Of a DNA stretch of 64,000 nt, positions 60,735 through 64,000 are shown one piece after another. The stretch spans positions 13,769 to 77,768 of the forward strand of contig DATDZD010000002.1 in the NCBI GenBank assembly GCA_036516895.1, in the 5' to 3' direction. The position numbers and the translations under genes were made by a program. Below the pieces are notes generated by a model. It was not told the origin of the DNA. It saw only the letters and a program-made list of their open reading frames with translations, and did no database searches. The stretch's first letter is position 1, and each line of letters starts with the position of its first letter. The stretch is from Minisyncoccota bacterium (GTDB lineage Bacteria > Patescibacteriota > Minisyncoccia > Phycocordibacterales > PALSA-1337).

Positions 60735-60900
60735 CATGAATCTCTAAGCAATATAGCTAGTTTACTAGTTATCTGACATAGTGTCGTGGACATTCTGGTT
60801 ACCATCTTGTATGTGTTTACTGGGGTCATCCTTGGCCCTATGTTTATCTTTTAATGATCGCATTGAAAGCATTGCTTAGAGATTCTTGCACCCGACTCGC
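60735..60900 (+). ncRNA. Candidate 6S-like structured RNA
   Basis: 15-bp closing stem GAATCTCTAAGCAAT/ATTGCTTAGAGATTC, large central bubble, inner stems GACATAG/CTATGTT and GTGGACA/TGTTTAC. Confidence 0.4.
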
Positions 60901-61027
60901 ATTTAATAATCAAATACCTATAATTTTTCATAAAACCTCATATTAACTTTCTAAACTTATAGTACTACTATTTTTTCCAATTTCAATTGACACTGTAAAA
61001 TTTATAGTTCGTAACTATTCGTAATGA

Positions 61028-61363
61028 TTATAAATTCTTCGGAGGAAGTTTAATACCATGCCCTTCCAGTCGCTCTCTATCACTTGCTGTGACTCTAGAA
61101 AGTTCAAGGTGTTGCGTTCTATGTTTATCCTCCAATTTTCTTATTTCTCTTTCCAATTCTCTTATTTTTGCCTCATCTTGAGGAATTTTTCTCTTTCTTT
61201 CATCAATTTCACGCATTTCCTTCTCGTTTTGTTGTTTGAAGTTTGTTATTTCTTCTTGCAATTTCTGTTTTTCTGATTTCTTTTCATTTAGAATACTAGC
61301 GTCATGTTCCATCTCCTGTTTTAGTCGTTTGAAAGTCAGTTCAAAATTATCAATTGAGCTCAT
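61028..61363 (-). CDS. Coiled-coil hypothetical protein
   Basis: E/K/Q/R-rich heptads. Confidence 0.65.
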   Translation of the reverse strand: MSSIDNFELTFKRLKQEMEHDASILNEKKSEKQKLQEEITNFKQQNEKEMREIDERKRKIPQDEAKIRELEREIRKLEDKHRTQHLELSRVTASDRERLEGHGIKLPPKNL

Positions 61364-61419
61364 TTTTTTATTAATTAGTTAGTATTATTTTCTATTTATT
61401 TTCTTACCCATTCAGCCAA

Positions 61420-63090
61420 TTATTCCTCTATAGTAATAACTCTTTCAAGTTCATCTAGCGATGTAATTCCTTGTAAGACTTTTATTATACCATCTTGCGT
61501 CATAGTGAGAATTCCTTGAGCAGCTGCAGCTTTTGCTATTTCCGTATCACTTGAATTGTATTCAATCACTTTATTTACTTCTTCATTTAATTTCATTCCC
61601 TCATAAATACCTATACGACCTTTGTATCCTGTATTATTGCATTTTTCGCATCCTACATGACCGAAAACTGAAGGAGGCATGACCGGAATCTCTTTTTTAT
61701 CAACAATGGTAGCTAGTATCTCGTCTATTTTTCTTTTTATTTCTCCTTCTATTGCTATGGCTTTCTTGCAGAAAGGACATAGTTTGCGGATAAGTCGTTG
61801 GGCTAGGGCGATGTTTATTGCAGAACTCATGATTTTTGGATTGATACCGAGGTCAATCAGGCGAGGGAATGACCCAGCAGAGCTATTTGTATGTAATGTG
61901 GAGAAGACGAGATGTCCAGTAAGAGAAGAATTGATGGCTATAGAGGCAGTTTCTCCATCGCGTATTTCACCAACCATGATTATGTCTGGGTCTTGGCGCA
62001 ATGCGGAGCGCAGTCCCTCTAGAAAAGTATATCCTTTGTCATTGACTTGTGTTTGCACAATGCCAGGCAAATGATATTCAATAGGGTCTTCAATCGTAAT
62101 TATTTTCACACCGGGATTATGGACTTTTTTTAGAAAGGCGTACAATGTGGTGGTTTTTCCAGAACCAGTCGGACCTGTGGTGAGCAACATGCCATTTGGT
62201 TTTGTAATTTCTTTCTCCAGAATTGATAAAAGTTTTTTTGGAATACCCAGTTCTTCCATGGATATGGAAATAGTTTTTGGATTTAGAAGGCGCATGACTA
62301 TGGATTCATCATAAGCTCCAGGGAGAACAGATGTTCTTATTTCAATATTATCTTTGCCTATATGCACACTGAAACGACCGTCTTGGGCGTCTTTTTTGAT
62401 ATTTATCTTTAGTCCAGAAAGAAGTTTTATGCGTGAGAGTAGAAGATTATAAGTATCATGGTCAAAATTTAAGACATTCACAAGGACACCATCAAGACGA
62501 TATCTCAAACGGATATAATCTTCTTCTGGTTCTATATGGATATCAGAGGCCTCCACCGCCATTGCTCCAGCCAGTATTGTCTCCAAGATACGAGAAACTC
62601 TATAGCTTTTTTTCATAGCCAGAGTATTTTCCAGAATAGAGACTATTGCGGGCAATCCTTTTGCCTTTTCTATAATAGTGGCAATTTCCTCGCTTGATAT
62701 TTCAAGAGAACCGGCTTTTGTCTCATAAGCGAAAGATAAATCTTTGTACATTGACCATGCCTTTTCAAGGCTGGCTGTTGAAGATATGGCAAGAGTTATT
62801 TCGTATCCCTTTTTCTTTATATCTAAAAGAGTTTCTTGAATTTTTTGGTCTTCAGGATTTCTAACTGCAATTTTAAGTCTTTTGTCTGCCAGAGCATAGC
62901 CCGCCATTTTCATTTCTCGGGCATTTTTTTCATCAATCAATCGCAAAGCGTCGGCACTGATGGATACAACAGTCAGGTCAACATATTCTATGCCATATTT
63001 TGCTGATAAGAATTGCACTAGCTCCTCCTCTTCTTGTTTGAGAAGGTCTCCTATTTTTCTATTTTGTTTATCTTCATCAAACTGAATCAT
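61420..63090 (-). CDS. GspE/PilB-family ATPase, copy 2
   Basis: ASDIHIEP, GPTGSGKTT, RQDPDIIMVGEIRD, CPFC...CEKC zinc motif; start MIQFDED. Confidence 0.92.
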   Translation of the reverse strand: MIQFDEDKQNRKIGDLLKQEEEELVQFLSAKYGIEYVDLTVVSISADALRLIDEKNAREMKMAGYALADKRLKIAVRNPEDQKIQETLLDIKKKGYEITLAISSTASLEKAWSMYKDLSFAYETKAGSLEISSEEIATIIEKAKGLPAIVSILENTLAMKKSYRVSRILETILAGAMAVEASDIHIEPEEDYIRLRYRLDGVLVNVLNFDHDTYNLLLSRIKLLSGLKINIKKDAQDGRFSVHIGKDNIEIRTSVLPGAYDESIVMRLLNPKTISISMEELGIPKKLLSILEKEITKPNGMLLTTGPTGSGKTTTLYAFLKKVHNPGVKIITIEDPIEYHLPGIVQTQVNDKGYTFLEGLRSALRQDPDIIMVGEIRDGETASIAINSSLTGHLVFSTLHTNSSAGSFPRLIDLGINPKIMSSAINIALAQRLIRKLCPFCKKAIAIEGEIKRKIDEILATIVDKKEIPVMPPSVFGHVGCEKCNNTGYKGRIGIYEGMKLNEEVNKVIEYNSSDTEIAKAAAAQGILTMTQDGIIKVLQGITSLDELERVITIEE

Positions 63091-63157
63091 TATGCTATAA
63101 GTATACCTTATATTGTTTTTCTGTTGTAATCTATGGTGGGTGGTGTAAGATTTCATA

Positions 63158-63237
63158 TAAATGGCTCGGAAGTACTTTTTCTGAACCTGAACGCATTCGT
63201 CAGGGAAGGTGAAGGAAAAGTACTTCCGAGCCATTTA
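63158..63237. repeat. 22-bp perfect inverted repeat hairpin abutting tRNA-Thr
   Basis: TAAATGGCTCGGAAGTACTTTT...AAAAGTACTTCCGAGCCATTTA. Confidence 0.8.
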
Positions 63238-63240
63238 GAC

Positions 63241-63316
63241 GCCGATGTAGCTCAGTTAGCAGAGCACCACTTTCGTAAAGTGGTTGTCGTCAGTGCAATT
63301 CTGGCCATCGGCTCCA
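63241..63316 (+). tRNA. tRNA-Thr(CGT)
   Basis: GCCGATG...CCACT TTCGTAA AGTGG...CATCGGC TCCA; T-loop TGCAATT. Confidence 0.9.
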
Positions 63317-63327
63317 AAATTTTTTGC

Positions 63328-64000
63328 CTAGATATCTTTCTCCGCTTCCAGAAACTCGTCCAGATTACCCTCAAAAACTTTATCTATTTGTGAAGTCTCA
63401 ATATTTGTCCTGTGATCTTTAACCATCTTATATGGATGTGTGACATATGAACGAATCTGATTTCCCCACTCAATAGAAGTAGTCTTGCTTATATACATAC
63501 CTTTCTCTTTTGCCACTCTTTCATCTTCTTTCGTTTTAAATATCTTGCCTCGCAGAATATCCAATGCTTTTTCTTTATTCTGTGCTTGTGAGCGTTCGGA
63601 GGTGACATGAACAGATAGGTTTGTGGGTTTATGAACAATACGCACAGCCGTTTCTCTTTTATTTACATTTTGTCCTCCCGGACCACCAGATTTTGCAATA
63701 GAAATTTCTAAATCTTTATCGTTAATATCAATATCGGTAGAATGTATTTTTTCAAATTTTGGTATGACTTCTACCATAGAAAAAGAAGTGTGGCGAAGTT
63801 GTTTTGCATTGAAAGGAGAAATGCGAACTAAACGATGAACGCCGGATTCATTTTTCAAAATACCATAGACACCTGCAGTTGACACACCAGTTGTTTTGTC
63901 ATTTCGCAAACTTCCGTTTATTTCAACTGTAATATTCCTATAGCCCCCATGATTATTTTCATTAGCATGAATAATCTGCATTCCCCAACCTTTTTTCTCC
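63328..64000 (-). CDS. prfB: Peptide chain release factor 2 (5' part outside the window)
   Basis: ESGVHRLVRISPF (SPF), GGQNVNK, WGNQIRSYV. Confidence 0.93.
   Translation of the reverse strand, partial: EKKGWGMQIIHANENNHGGYRNITVEINGSLRNDKTTGVSTAGVYGILKNESGVHRLVRISPFNAKQLRHTSFSMVEVIPKFEKIHSTDIDINDKDLEISIAKSGGPGGQNVNKRETAVRIVHKPTNLSVHVTSERSQAQNKEKALDILRGKIFKTKEDERVAKEKGMYISKTTSIEWGNQIRSYVTHPYKMVKDHRTNIETSQIDKVFEGNLDEFLEAEKDI

Overview
AT-rich bacterial chromosome segment that looks like Patescibacteria/CPR (Parcubacteria-type): no biosynthetic genes, type IV pilus genes, a VirB4/VirB6/pilin T4SS-like cluster, and mostly leaderless or A-rich translation starts. It contains the rpmH-dnaA-dnaN origin region with DnaA boxes and DnaA-trio-like repeats, two more DnaA-box clusters, a parS-like cluster, five tRNAs, many housekeeping genes and a family of ~100-180 bp intergenic hairpin repeats. 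The most striking locus is a GC-richer ~2.1 kb insert (57.4-59.5 kb) between a TrmB-family regulator and ruvB. It encodes a DUF1874/AcrIII-1 ring-nuclease-like protein and small unknown ORFs with perfect AAGGAGGTGA Shine-Dalgarno motifs, punctuated by two co-oriented type III hammerhead ribozymes that would release a 1015-nt RNA. All calls are by eye; no database searches were run.
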